Assembly (NCBI GenBank): GCA_038534515.1
Contig: JBCAWO010000033.1
Location: forward strand, 8,613-56,612
Direction: 5' to 3'
Source: Cyanobacteria bacterium J06554_1
GTDB taxonomy: Bacteria > Cyanobacteriota > Cyanobacteriia > Phormidesmidales > Phormidesmidaceae
DNA: 48,000 nt
The position numbers and the translations under genes were made by a program. Shown here piece by piece: positions 17,759 to 25,703 of this stretch (the stretch's first letter is position 1; each line of letters starts with the position of its first letter). A model generated the notes under the pieces. The model was not told the origin of the DNA. It ran no database searches and saw only the letters and a list, made by a program, of their open reading frames with translations.

Positions 17759-19969
17759 CTACTGGGGTTGGGCATTTTCTTGACCTTGCTGAATCGGAAT
17801 TTCGATGACAAATGTGGCCCCATAACCTAGCTCGGACTGGCACTGTAATTTACCACCGTGGCGTTCGGTAATAATCTGATTACTGGTTGAGAGCCCAAGT
17901 CCTGTTCCTTTGCCCACGTCCTTGGTGGTAAAAAAGGGTTCAAATAATTTGGATTGAATGTTGGCCGATATGCCGGGGCCGTTATCCGCAATGCAAATTT
18001 GGATGCGGTTGGGGGCCGTGCGACGAGTATCAATTGTGATGGTGGGTGAGGGAATCAACGACGATGTTTCTAAGACATCAATAGCGTTGACTAACAGATT
18101 CATAAATACCTGATTAAGCTGCCCAGGATAACAATCAACCGCAGGCAGCTGGTCGTAGTTTTTAACAATTTCAATCCCGGGAAAATGATTGCGAGGTTTG
18201 AGACGATGGCGCAAAATTAGCAGGGTGCTGTCGATACCTTCGTGAATGTCGGCGGATTTAAATTCAGCTTGATCCAGGCGAGAAAAGTTTTTTAGCGACA
18301 GCACAATATCGTAAATTCGTTCGGTGCCGACCATCATGCTGTTGAGTGCCTTGGGTAGGTCTTCGAGTACAAAGGGCAGTTCGATGTCATCTACGGCCTT
18401 TTTCAAGGCGACTGACGGGGTGCTACAGTCTGCCTGGTAAAGCTCAATCAGGGTCATTAGGTCTTGGGCGTAGTCCTGCACATGCTGCAGATTTCCGTGG
18501 ATAAACGTGACCGGATTGTTGATTTCATGGGCCACACCCGCCACCATTTGGCCAATGCCAGACATTTTTTCACTCTGGATTAGCTGCAATTGAGTCTGCT
18601 GTAGGGTGTCTATGGTGGTCGCTAGCTGCTGGGCCTTATCTTCGGCTAGCTGGGCAGCCTGACGGCTCTGGTCGTACAGATCGGCCTGGTCGAGGGCAAT
18701 GGCCAGCTGATTGGTGACAGCCTGCAGCAGGGATACTTCGCTATCGCTCCAAGCCCTGGCATCTTTGCTGGTGCCGCAGCAAATGGCCCCCAGCTTCCCT
18801 GAGCGGGTCTGAATTGGGATCGCTAGCAGGGCCGCGAACCCATGGGTCTGGAGAAATCGGCGGGTAGCGCCATCCCTCAGGGTTTGAATATCGTTGAGCT
18901 GCACCAGGGACTGCTGGCTAAACCAGTGAACCAACCCCCCGATGGTTTTGGGTGCATAGGTGCCCACGAGGGCTGGCAAGTGGCTGTGCTTTGATTCGGT
19001 GACGATGTCTAAACTGCTCAGACCCTCTGGCGGTATCTCATCTGATCTAGCTTTAGCTTGAATCCAGAGAAAGCAGCACCTGTCTACCGTTAAGGCCCGA
19101 TAGATTTCGCTGACGGCGGTGGTGAGGATGGTTTCTAATTCCAGGGATTCTCGAATCTGGCTAGAGAGGCGAAAAATGAGGTCGTTTTGACGACTTTCTT
19201 TTAGCTGGCGCTCATGGAGCAGCGCATTGATCACACCAGCTGCCTGAAATGCCATTGTGGTCAGAAGCTTTAGATCTTCGGCATTGTAGGGGGTGTTGAG
19301 GGAACGGCTAAGTGCGATCGCACCGACAATAGATTCCTTACGTTTTAGTGGCACACAGATCACGGCGGCCCGCTGTCCTCCTTTATGACGCGGATCTGAG
19401 CAGATAGCATTGATGATTTCCCCGCGCCCACTTTGAACGATGGTGCCAACGATGTCCTCATCAAGGGCAATAGACGTTTGAAACGGTCCACCCTCACCGA
19501 AGCTGGCAATATGTTCCAACTTATTGGTGGTTTCATGCAACAGTAATAGGACACCATGGCTCGAATTTAGCAGCTGTCGCGCTTCAGCTAGGACCAGGGA
19601 CGCCACTTCCTGGATATTGGGACTATCAATAATTTTTTCTGACAGATTAAATAGAAGGGAAATTTCCTTGTACTTGCTGAGCAGTTCCTGGGCCAAATTA
19701 CGCTTCTCAAATTCTCGATAGGCCAGCTGAGAAATCAAGTTAGCAATGACCTCGGCTTTTTCATTTCCCCTAACCCATCCCAAAACGTCTTCATTCAGTG
19801 TGATCGCATAGCGATGGGGGTAACTATCTGACTGAGTGCCCCATATCAGGTGTCCCATAGCCGTTTCAATACAGGCCGTGGGAGCTGTAGCATTGACAAC
19901 ATCCTGAATCAGGGAATGTTCTTTTCTTAGGACTAATTTCTTTAAGTCAACATCCACCATCAGGGACAC
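17759..19969 (-). CDS. GAF-domain sensor histidine kinase
   Basis: Two GAF-like regions are followed by a coiled coil, an H-box (AHEINNPVTFIHGNL) and an HATPase domain (NLLVNAIDV, GTGLGLSTSNQII). The start is GTG 19969, with an alternative ATG at 19960. Confidence 0.9.
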   Translation of the reverse strand: MSLMVDVDLKKLVLRKEHSLIQDVVNATAPTACIETAMGHLIWGTQSDSYPHRYAITLNEDVLGWVRGNEKAEVIANLISQLAYREFEKRNLAQELLSKYKEISLLFNLSEKIIDSPNIQEVASLVLAEARQLLNSSHGVLLLLHETTNKLEHIASFGEGGPFQTSIALDEDIVGTIVQSGRGEIINAICSDPRHKGGQRAAVICVPLKRKESIVGAIALSRSLNTPYNAEDLKLLTTMAFQAAGVINALLHERQLKESRQNDLIFRLSSQIRESLELETILTTAVSEIYRALTVDRCCFLWIQAKARSDEIPPEGLSSLDIVTESKHSHLPALVGTYAPKTIGGLVHWFSQQSLVQLNDIQTLRDGATRRFLQTHGFAALLAIPIQTRSGKLGAICCGTSKDARAWSDSEVSLLQAVTNQLAIALDQADLYDQSRQAAQLAEDKAQQLATTIDTLQQTQLQLIQSEKMSGIGQMVAGVAHEINNPVTFIHGNLQHVQDYAQDLMTLIELYQADCSTPSVALKKAVDDIELPFVLEDLPKALNSMMVGTERIYDIVLSLKNFSRLDQAEFKSADIHEGIDSTLLILRHRLKPRNHFPGIEIVKNYDQLPAVDCYPGQLNQVFMNLLVNAIDVLETSSLIPSPTITIDTRRTAPNRIQICIADNGPGISANIQSKLFEPFFTTKDVGKGTGLGLSTSNQIITERHGGKLQCQSELGYGATFVIEIPIQQGQENAQPQ

Positions 19970-19978
19970 ATTTCTGAA

Positions 19979-20275
19979 TTACTGGCCATTTACATCCAGT
20001 TCTAGATTTCTAGAAGCTAGGTTTAGTTCCATGACTGAACTATTGCCATAGAATCTAAACCTTCTCATGGTTCCCGCCACATCTGCTGTCAGTAGCATGC
20101 GCTCAATATCTGCTAAGAACCACCGTTTTTTGTAAAAATTAATCACCTCCGGAGAGAAAAAGTTCAACGAACGTACAGCTATTTTCGGGGCGAACGGTGA
20201 ATAATCCGGATCTAGGTGGTGCTTGTAACTGAGAATACTGATGACTCCTATCGCAATCTCAGTATTGGGGTCCAT
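19979..20275 (-). CDS. hypothetical protein, first gene of the phosphorelay locus
   Basis: A 98-aa ATG-initiated ORF ends 10 nt before the GAF kinase start. I recognise no motif. Confidence 0.35.
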   Translation of the reverse strand: MDPNTEIAIGVISILSYKHHLDPDYSPFAPKIAVRSLNFFSPEVINFYKKRWFLADIERMLLTADVAGTMRRFRFYGNSSVMELNLASRNLELDVNGQ

Positions 20276-20277
20276 AG

Positions 20278-20369
20278 CAAATGTCCTAAGGCATCAGGAC
20301 ATTTGCGCGTCAGGTTAGCCGTTGAAACTAAAGGCTTCCAGGGACACCCGTTGTCTTGCCTAACCTGAC
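20278..20369 (-). other. two stem-loops separating the BGC side from the phosphorelay locus
   Basis: One hairpin has a 9-bp stem (caaatgtcc/ggacatttg, 20278-20305) and ends 2 nt before the ORF start. The other has a 10-bp stem (gtcaggttag/ctaacctgac) spanning 20309-20369. Neither has a clear U-tract. Confidence 0.3.
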
Positions 20370-20380
20370 AGATGCTATAT

Positions 20381-20773
20381 TTACTGAGGTTTTTCGTTCC
20401 AAATTTGACGATCAATTTTCCAATCTCCCTGTTCTTTTTTCATTAGCCATAGCCCTCGAAATTTTATCGTGACCGCTGGGCTGCCATCATGGGGATGGAC
20501 GGTGACCATAGCAATACCGACAACATAGCCAAAGTCTCCCGTGATTTGAATCTCTTCTGCTGTCAGGGTGGGGGCAAGGTCTTTGTCAGCGATCTGTTGG
20601 GCAAAGCCTGCTGCAATGTCGGCTTTGCCATAGCGATCTGGAACATTGGGAGGCATCTGTAGCGCCGCCTTGGTGAACATAGCGGCATACGCTTCGGGAT
20701 TTTTAGCTCGTGCTCTTTGGGGATAGGTCTCTTCAAATATTTTTTGGATGTGGCTGCGATCGTTATCTGGCAT
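20381..20773 (-). CDS. SnoaL-like / DUF4440 (NTF2-fold) protein
   Basis: The 130-aa product shows the pattern YAAMFTKAALQMPPN...ITGDFGYVVG...WLMKKEQGDWKIDRQIWN, typical of DUF4440/YybH-like NTF2-fold proteins. Confidence 0.6.
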   Translation of the reverse strand: MPDNDRSHIQKIFEETYPQRARAKNPEAYAAMFTKAALQMPPNVPDRYGKADIAAGFAQQIADKDLAPTLTAEEIQITGDFGYVVGIAMVTVHPHDGSPAVTIKFRGLWLMKKEQGDWKIDRQIWNEKPQ

Positions 20774-20836
20774 GGTCAGCCCTGGGTGGGTTTTTTGAGT
20801 AAATTTAGCCGTTGCTGAATTTACTGGATCAATGAT

Positions 20837-20863
20837 AGGTCATGGGCTCCAAACCCATGACCT
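20837..20863 (-). terminator. stem-loop between the sulfotransferase and SnoaL-like genes
   Basis: A 10-bp perfect stem (aggtcatggg/cccatgacct) with a 7-nt loop. The trailing U-tract is weak. Confidence 0.3.
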
Positions 20864-20885
20864 GTTTCAAACCCAGCACAGCGGC

Positions 20886-21890
20886 TCAAGCCCCATAGCC
20901 AAGCCGTACCAGCTGTTCTCCCGCAATCTCATCACACATGGCAATTTCAGCCTCAGACAGATGCTCTTTCCAATCACCCACTGAGCCTGACCTAACATAT
21001 TGCCCATCGCCTTTTTTCGCTACCCGTTTAATATCTGCTGCCGCTACAATTGCGCTCACCTGTGATTCATCCCAGCCCAGGTTGGCAAACTCAAACATCT
21101 GCTGCAAACTTCTCTCCGGATCGGCCTTAAGGGCTTCGTAGCGCACCGTATGAACTCGCGACTGTAGGCTAGGTCGCTCCCTAATGAGCTCGCCCCATTC
21201 CACACATTGCTTCCACTGACGAATTGCGCCCGCTGTGCCTATTTGGGCCCATCGTTCTCGCTTTGCCAGCGCATTGTAGGACACACATACATCTCGTCCA
21301 TCCCGGAGCACCTCAACAATGCGAGCTTCCGGAAACCGGCACAAAATTTGCTCAGCATAGCGAATGTGCATCGGTGTCTTTTCTAAAACTGTTTGACCAG
21401 GTTTACCGTACCGTTTAAAGAAACGATCAAACATCGCTGCAATCAATTCTTCTGCTTGGACCAATCCGCGGTTAGTTTCTAGAACCTCAGCCCGAATTGC
21501 GCTGATGAGTAAGCTGAGCTCCCGATAGCTGACTAATCCATGCAGACCATGGCTATCCGGTCGATTTAAGATCTGGTAGTCCCGTAAGATCCCTGGCCAA
21601 ATGTTTGCAGGTTTGAAGCCAAACAGTAGGGGTTTTAAGCCATAGCGTCGCAAAATTCCCTTCCATGCCCGCAGTCGTTGTTGCCAGTCCCACCTTGGCA
21701 ACTCCACAAATGGCTCATACACCAGTCGATATACATGGGTTTCCCTCGGTACCACCAAAACGTCTGGATGTTGGGCAAGCAAAGATGTTACCCACGAGGT
21801 CCCTGAGCGTGGGCAGCCGACAACAAATAACTTGGGGCAGGGGGACAGTTGACCCATATCAATATGATTACCGATCGCTTGTGTACGCAT
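20886..21890 (-). CDS. PAPS-dependent sulfotransferase family protein
   Basis: A 5'-PSB loop (GCPRSGTSW) and a 3'-PB-like motif (LRDGRDVCVSY) are present. Confidence 0.8.
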   Translation of the reverse strand: MRTQAIGNHIDMGQLSPCPKLFVVGCPRSGTSWVTSLLAQHPDVLVVPRETHVYRLVYEPFVELPRWDWQQRLRAWKGILRRYGLKPLLFGFKPANIWPGILRDYQILNRPDSHGLHGLVSYRELSLLISAIRAEVLETNRGLVQAEELIAAMFDRFFKRYGKPGQTVLEKTPMHIRYAEQILCRFPEARIVEVLRDGRDVCVSYNALAKRERWAQIGTAGAIRQWKQCVEWGELIRERPSLQSRVHTVRYEALKADPERSLQQMFEFANLGWDESQVSAIVAAADIKRVAKKGDGQYVRSGSVGDWKEHLSEAEIAMCDEIAGEQLVRLGYGA

Positions 21891-21974
21891 ATCACAATCA
21901 ATAACAATAAAGTTAGTAAACGGCCCCTTTAATCTTCAATTTTTCTCGGTGATGGAGAAAAATGCCTGTCTGCA

Positions 21975-23141
21975 TTATGGAGACGAGGCTGGAGGATGAG
22001 AGGTTCGTAATCGATGGCCGATACCGATTTCTGTATATACGTCAGTATTCACTGCCGGGGTAGACGTGACCGGATAGATCAACTGACTAAACCGAGCCGC
22101 ACATTGGGCCAGTGTGCGGCTCTGATAGTGGGTCTGGGCATTGTCCGCAATTGCCTGTAATGAGGAGGGTTGAGCAAATTGCTGTAGGGATGATGTCACC
22201 ACGTAGTGATGGTTTGCCACAATGCCATCCTGCGCCCTTAACCCATGGCCGTTACAAATTGGCAGCAGTCCGTGGGAGCAGTAGGCGGCATATACGGTAG
22301 ATTTGGCTAGATTCTGGGGAAACCGTCGATAGTCAAAGATCCCCGCCAGGGACTTAGCCATTAGCTGGCTGATTTCAGGTGCTGATAAAAAGCCTGTTTT
22401 TACCACCGTTACATCCAGTTCCTGGCTGTCCCACTCAACTGGACGCCCCACATCGTAGAGGGTGTCGATCTTGAGTAATTGACAAACCCGATTGATGGTC
22501 TGGAAGTTGTGGCGATAGACGCGGGTGCGATCGCTACTGCCAAATACAATCAACGAACGCTGCCGCTCAGACAGCGGCGGCACATTCCCCAATTCTCCGA
22601 TAGTTGAAAAATTCGGCACACAGTGGACGGGGGCCTCGGTCCACCCAGCTAAGGTTTGCTGAAATGCGGCATTATTCGTCACCACCACATCGGCCACCTG
22701 GGCTAATCCACGGGATACCCGCCGCTGTACAAAGTTAGGACAGCGAATTTGCCTGTAGCGCAGGGTGGGCAGCTCATGAAACATCACCACAATCCGTAAT
22801 CCCCTCTGTTTTAGGCTTTTTAGGGCATCAACCAGCCACATCGGCGTATCTAGTTTGCCCAGCAGATACGGGTAATTACTGTATTGGAGAAAAATAGTTG
22901 ATATATGTTCAGGTACCTGATCAATCAGCCCTTGCGCCGTATGGTGATTGAGCCGATGCACGGCAAACTGATCTAACGTTGGCTGCAGTCGAGGGTTGGG
23001 TCTAAATACCAAGAAGTCTGAAAGAATCTTACTGTGGTCATGCAGCTGGTGAGCCAGCTGTAGAGCATAGTCACCGACACCGTCCACGTCTGGAAAGAGT
23101 CGAGGCACTATTTGTAGAATTCGAGTGGGTTGAGCGGTCAT
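21975..23141 (-). CDS. probable GT-B fold glycosyltransferase (GT4/GT1-like, divergent)
   Basis: The N-terminus (RILQIVPRLFPDVDGVGDYALQLAHQL) resembles GT4 N-termini. VVVTNNA and VPNF segments sit in the expected order. The C-terminal half matches only loosely. Confidence 0.45.
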   Translation of the reverse strand: MTAQPTRILQIVPRLFPDVDGVGDYALQLAHQLHDHSKILSDFLVFRPNPRLQPTLDQFAVHRLNHHTAQGLIDQVPEHISTIFLQYSNYPYLLGKLDTPMWLVDALKSLKQRGLRIVVMFHELPTLRYRQIRCPNFVQRRVSRGLAQVADVVVTNNAAFQQTLAGWTEAPVHCVPNFSTIGELGNVPPLSERQRSLIVFGSSDRTRVYRHNFQTINRVCQLLKIDTLYDVGRPVEWDSQELDVTVVKTGFLSAPEISQLMAKSLAGIFDYRRFPQNLAKSTVYAAYCSHGLLPICNGHGLRAQDGIVANHHYVVTSSLQQFAQPSSLQAIADNAQTHYQSRTLAQCAARFSQLIYPVTSTPAVNTDVYTEIGIGHRLRTSHPPASSP

Positions 23142-23199
23142 GGCTTACAAGTGCTTGATATGTGTGTATGGATGCGTAAACTGAGAGACTAAGTAGCCA

Positions 23200-25701
23200 T
23201 CACCTCAACCCCGCAAGATATTTTTTAACGTGCTCCACCAGCAGCGGTGTTGAACGCTGGTTAAACAAGTTGCCAAAGAAGCCAGGAATTGTTGTTAGCT
23301 CCACGCCATCCTTGGCCACTACCTGCCACCCCAGCTCTCGGCCAAAGTACCAATCCAAAATTTGGATATTTGCACGGAACAGTTTTACTGGCCCTGCATA
23401 GGGCTGGGGGACATAGTGTTTTGCCGCTAACTCATTGGCTTTTTGTGCCCGAGCATAGCGATATTCGTAGGGAACGTTGGTCTGATCTGGTTGCGGTCGG
23501 TCGGTGGTGAGGTTGTCAGGATTGGGGACGTCCATCAAGTTCTGAGGAGAACCCCCATTAGGACTGGTTGGACCGGAGTTGTTATCCCGATTTAGGGGGC
23601 TGCTAGCAGGTACAACCTTTTGCCAAATTTTCTTAGGTAGCGCTGCTAAGTTCTCCCATCCCCCGTGGTAGTAGTAGTTTTTTCGTACCCAGAACACCCC
23701 CAGCTGTAAACGGCTCTGGAGCTTTACCAACAGTGTCTCAGGCAGCTCCCCCGGGCGATAAGAATCGATTAGAACAACACTTTCCACCTCTTCACCCTCG
23801 GTCTGGAGCTGTTGCGCAATCTCAAAGGCCACCGCTCCCCCTAAACAATGGCCTCCGACTAGATAGGGTCCTTTAGGCTGCACCATTCGCATTTCTTTAA
23901 TGCAGTCTGTTGCCAGTGCCTCCACGGTTGTGTGGGTGACCTCACTGCCGTCTAGATCGGGTCGCTGCAGTGCATAAAAAGGGCGCTCGGTGCCCAACAG
24001 CTGGGAGAATCTGGCCCAGGTGAGGGCATCTGCCGAACCGCCGTGGAAAAAGAACGGTAGCCGGGAACCGCTGGTCTGAATGGGCACCAGGCTCGACCAC
24101 TGGGATACGGGCTGCTCCTGACTGAGTAGGGCCGCAAACTGCCGTACATTGGGGGCCTGGAACAATGTTGCCAGGGGTAGGGCACAGTCTAGCTGTTGCT
24201 GCATTTGGTTAAACAACTGCACCGCCAGTAGCGAATTGCCCCCAACATCAAAAAAGTTGTCGTCTACGCTAAGGGGACTTACCCCCAAAACAGATTCCCA
24301 AATTTGAGTTAGCGTTAGCTCCAGTGGATTGCTTGGGGCAAAGAAATTTCCCTCCAGCTGGTCTCGGCTGAGTATGGGCTCAGGGGGGGCTGCCGCTGGT
24401 CGCCTTAGGGGCTGCGGTGGCAAAATCTGAGCAATAGAGCGGTCAGGATTGTCTGTGATGGCTTCTAATACTGTCTGAAATTGTTCTAATAGCGGTGCCA
24501 CAGCCTGAATATGGGAGCTGTCTGAGCGCAGCATGACCGTGAGCCGATGCCCTGGTTTGATAATGACCGTTAGGCCATAGGTGCTCACTAGCCCAGACTG
24601 CAGATTCTCTACCTGAAAACTACGCTCTGTCGCTGGCTGGATTGGGTAGTTTTCAATGACGAGCAGACTGTCAAACAAGCGACCTGACACCTGGCTCCAG
24701 CTCTGAATTTGGTCTGGTGAGGCATAGCCATAGCGACTGGCTTGGGTCTGCTGGGTTTGGAGACTCTGTAGCCACTCAAGTACCGTTTGCTCTGGGGCCA
24801 CCTGTACCCGGACGGGCAGTACGTTGATCAGCAGTCCGACGATGGTGTCTACCCCGGCCAAATCACCCTGGCGGCCTGAAACGGTTGCCCCAAATAGGAC
24901 ATCTGGGTTACCGCTGTAGCTGTGTAAAAGCAGGGCCCAGATGCCCTGCATGAGGGTATTGAGGGTGAGACGGTGCGATCGCAACATCCCCTGCATCCTG
25001 GCCGTCACCTCGGCAGAAAACGTAATGGCGGGAGCCGAAGTATCTGAAACTTTGCTAGTTGCTGGCCCAACGGGCAGCTTTGTTGGCTCCACAAACCCCT
25101 GCAAAGCCCCTTGCCAAAATTCAGCCGCTGCGGCATTGTCTTGCTGCTTTAGCCAGCGAATATAGCTTTGATAGGTGGGCCCGGACGCGACAGGTGCGGG
25201 TTTTCCCTGCCTTAACTGTCCATAGCAATCAAAGACCTGATTAAACACGAGCGCTCCAGACCAGCCATCCAGCATTAAATGGTGGCAGCTCCATATCAGC
25301 TCATAGGCAGTCTCACCCAGGCGAATCAGGGCTAGACGAGAGATGGGGGCTTGGGTCAGCTCAAAACCCAGCTCTCGATCCTGTACCAAAAAGTCTGTCA
25401 AGGCTGTTGTTTGATCGTCTCGACCGCGCCAATCTAGATGGGTCCAGGGAATAGCCGCCTTTCGGGCCACCACCTGCAAGGGCTGTTTTACCCCTTCCCA
25501 ATGCACCGAGGTGCGCAATACGGCCTGTTGACCCACAACAGCGTCCCAAGCCTGCTCCAGTAAAGTTGAGTCCACCTCACCCCGCAGCGTACAGCGCATG
25601 TGAATCAGACCCTCTTTGGCCGAGGTTTGCAAACTGTGCCAGAGAAATGCCTGCTGTAGTGGGGCCAGGGCATAGATGGTTTCGATGTTTTTCTTATCCA
25701 T
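23200..25701 (-). CDS. NRPS terminal module C-T-TE with no A domain
   Basis: The C domain carries HHLMLDGWS at aa 140-148. The carrier domain reads DDNFFDVGGNSLLA, with Ser490. The alpha/beta thioesterase shows PFFFHGG, GGHCLGG and VVLIDSY. A GGAGG Shine-Dalgarno sequence is present, and only 2 nt separate the ATG from the upstream stop. Confidence 0.9.
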   Translation of the reverse strand: MDKKNIETIYALAPLQQAFLWHSLQTSAKEGLIHMRCTLRGEVDSTLLEQAWDAVVGQQAVLRTSVHWEGVKQPLQVVARKAAIPWTHLDWRGRDDQTTALTDFLVQDRELGFELTQAPISRLALIRLGETAYELIWSCHHLMLDGWSGALVFNQVFDCYGQLRQGKPAPVASGPTYQSYIRWLKQQDNAAAAEFWQGALQGFVEPTKLPVGPATSKVSDTSAPAITFSAEVTARMQGMLRSHRLTLNTLMQGIWALLLHSYSGNPDVLFGATVSGRQGDLAGVDTIVGLLINVLPVRVQVAPEQTVLEWLQSLQTQQTQASRYGYASPDQIQSWSQVSGRLFDSLLVIENYPIQPATERSFQVENLQSGLVSTYGLTVIIKPGHRLTVMLRSDSSHIQAVAPLLEQFQTVLEAITDNPDRSIAQILPPQPLRRPAAAPPEPILSRDQLEGNFFAPSNPLELTLTQIWESVLGVSPLSVDDNFFDVGGNSLLAVQLFNQMQQQLDCALPLATLFQAPNVRQFAALLSQEQPVSQWSSLVPIQTSGSRLPFFFHGGSADALTWARFSQLLGTERPFYALQRPDLDGSEVTHTTVEALATDCIKEMRMVQPKGPYLVGGHCLGGAVAFEIAQQLQTEGEEVESVVLIDSYRPGELPETLLVKLQSRLQLGVFWVRKNYYYHGGWENLAALPKKIWQKVVPASSPLNRDNNSGPTSPNGGSPQNLMDVPNPDNLTTDRPQPDQTNVPYEYRYARAQKANELAAKHYVPQPYAGPVKLFRANIQILDWYFGRELGWQVVAKDGVELTTIPGFFGNLFNQRSTPLLVEHVKKYLAGLR

Positions 25702-25703
25702 GG

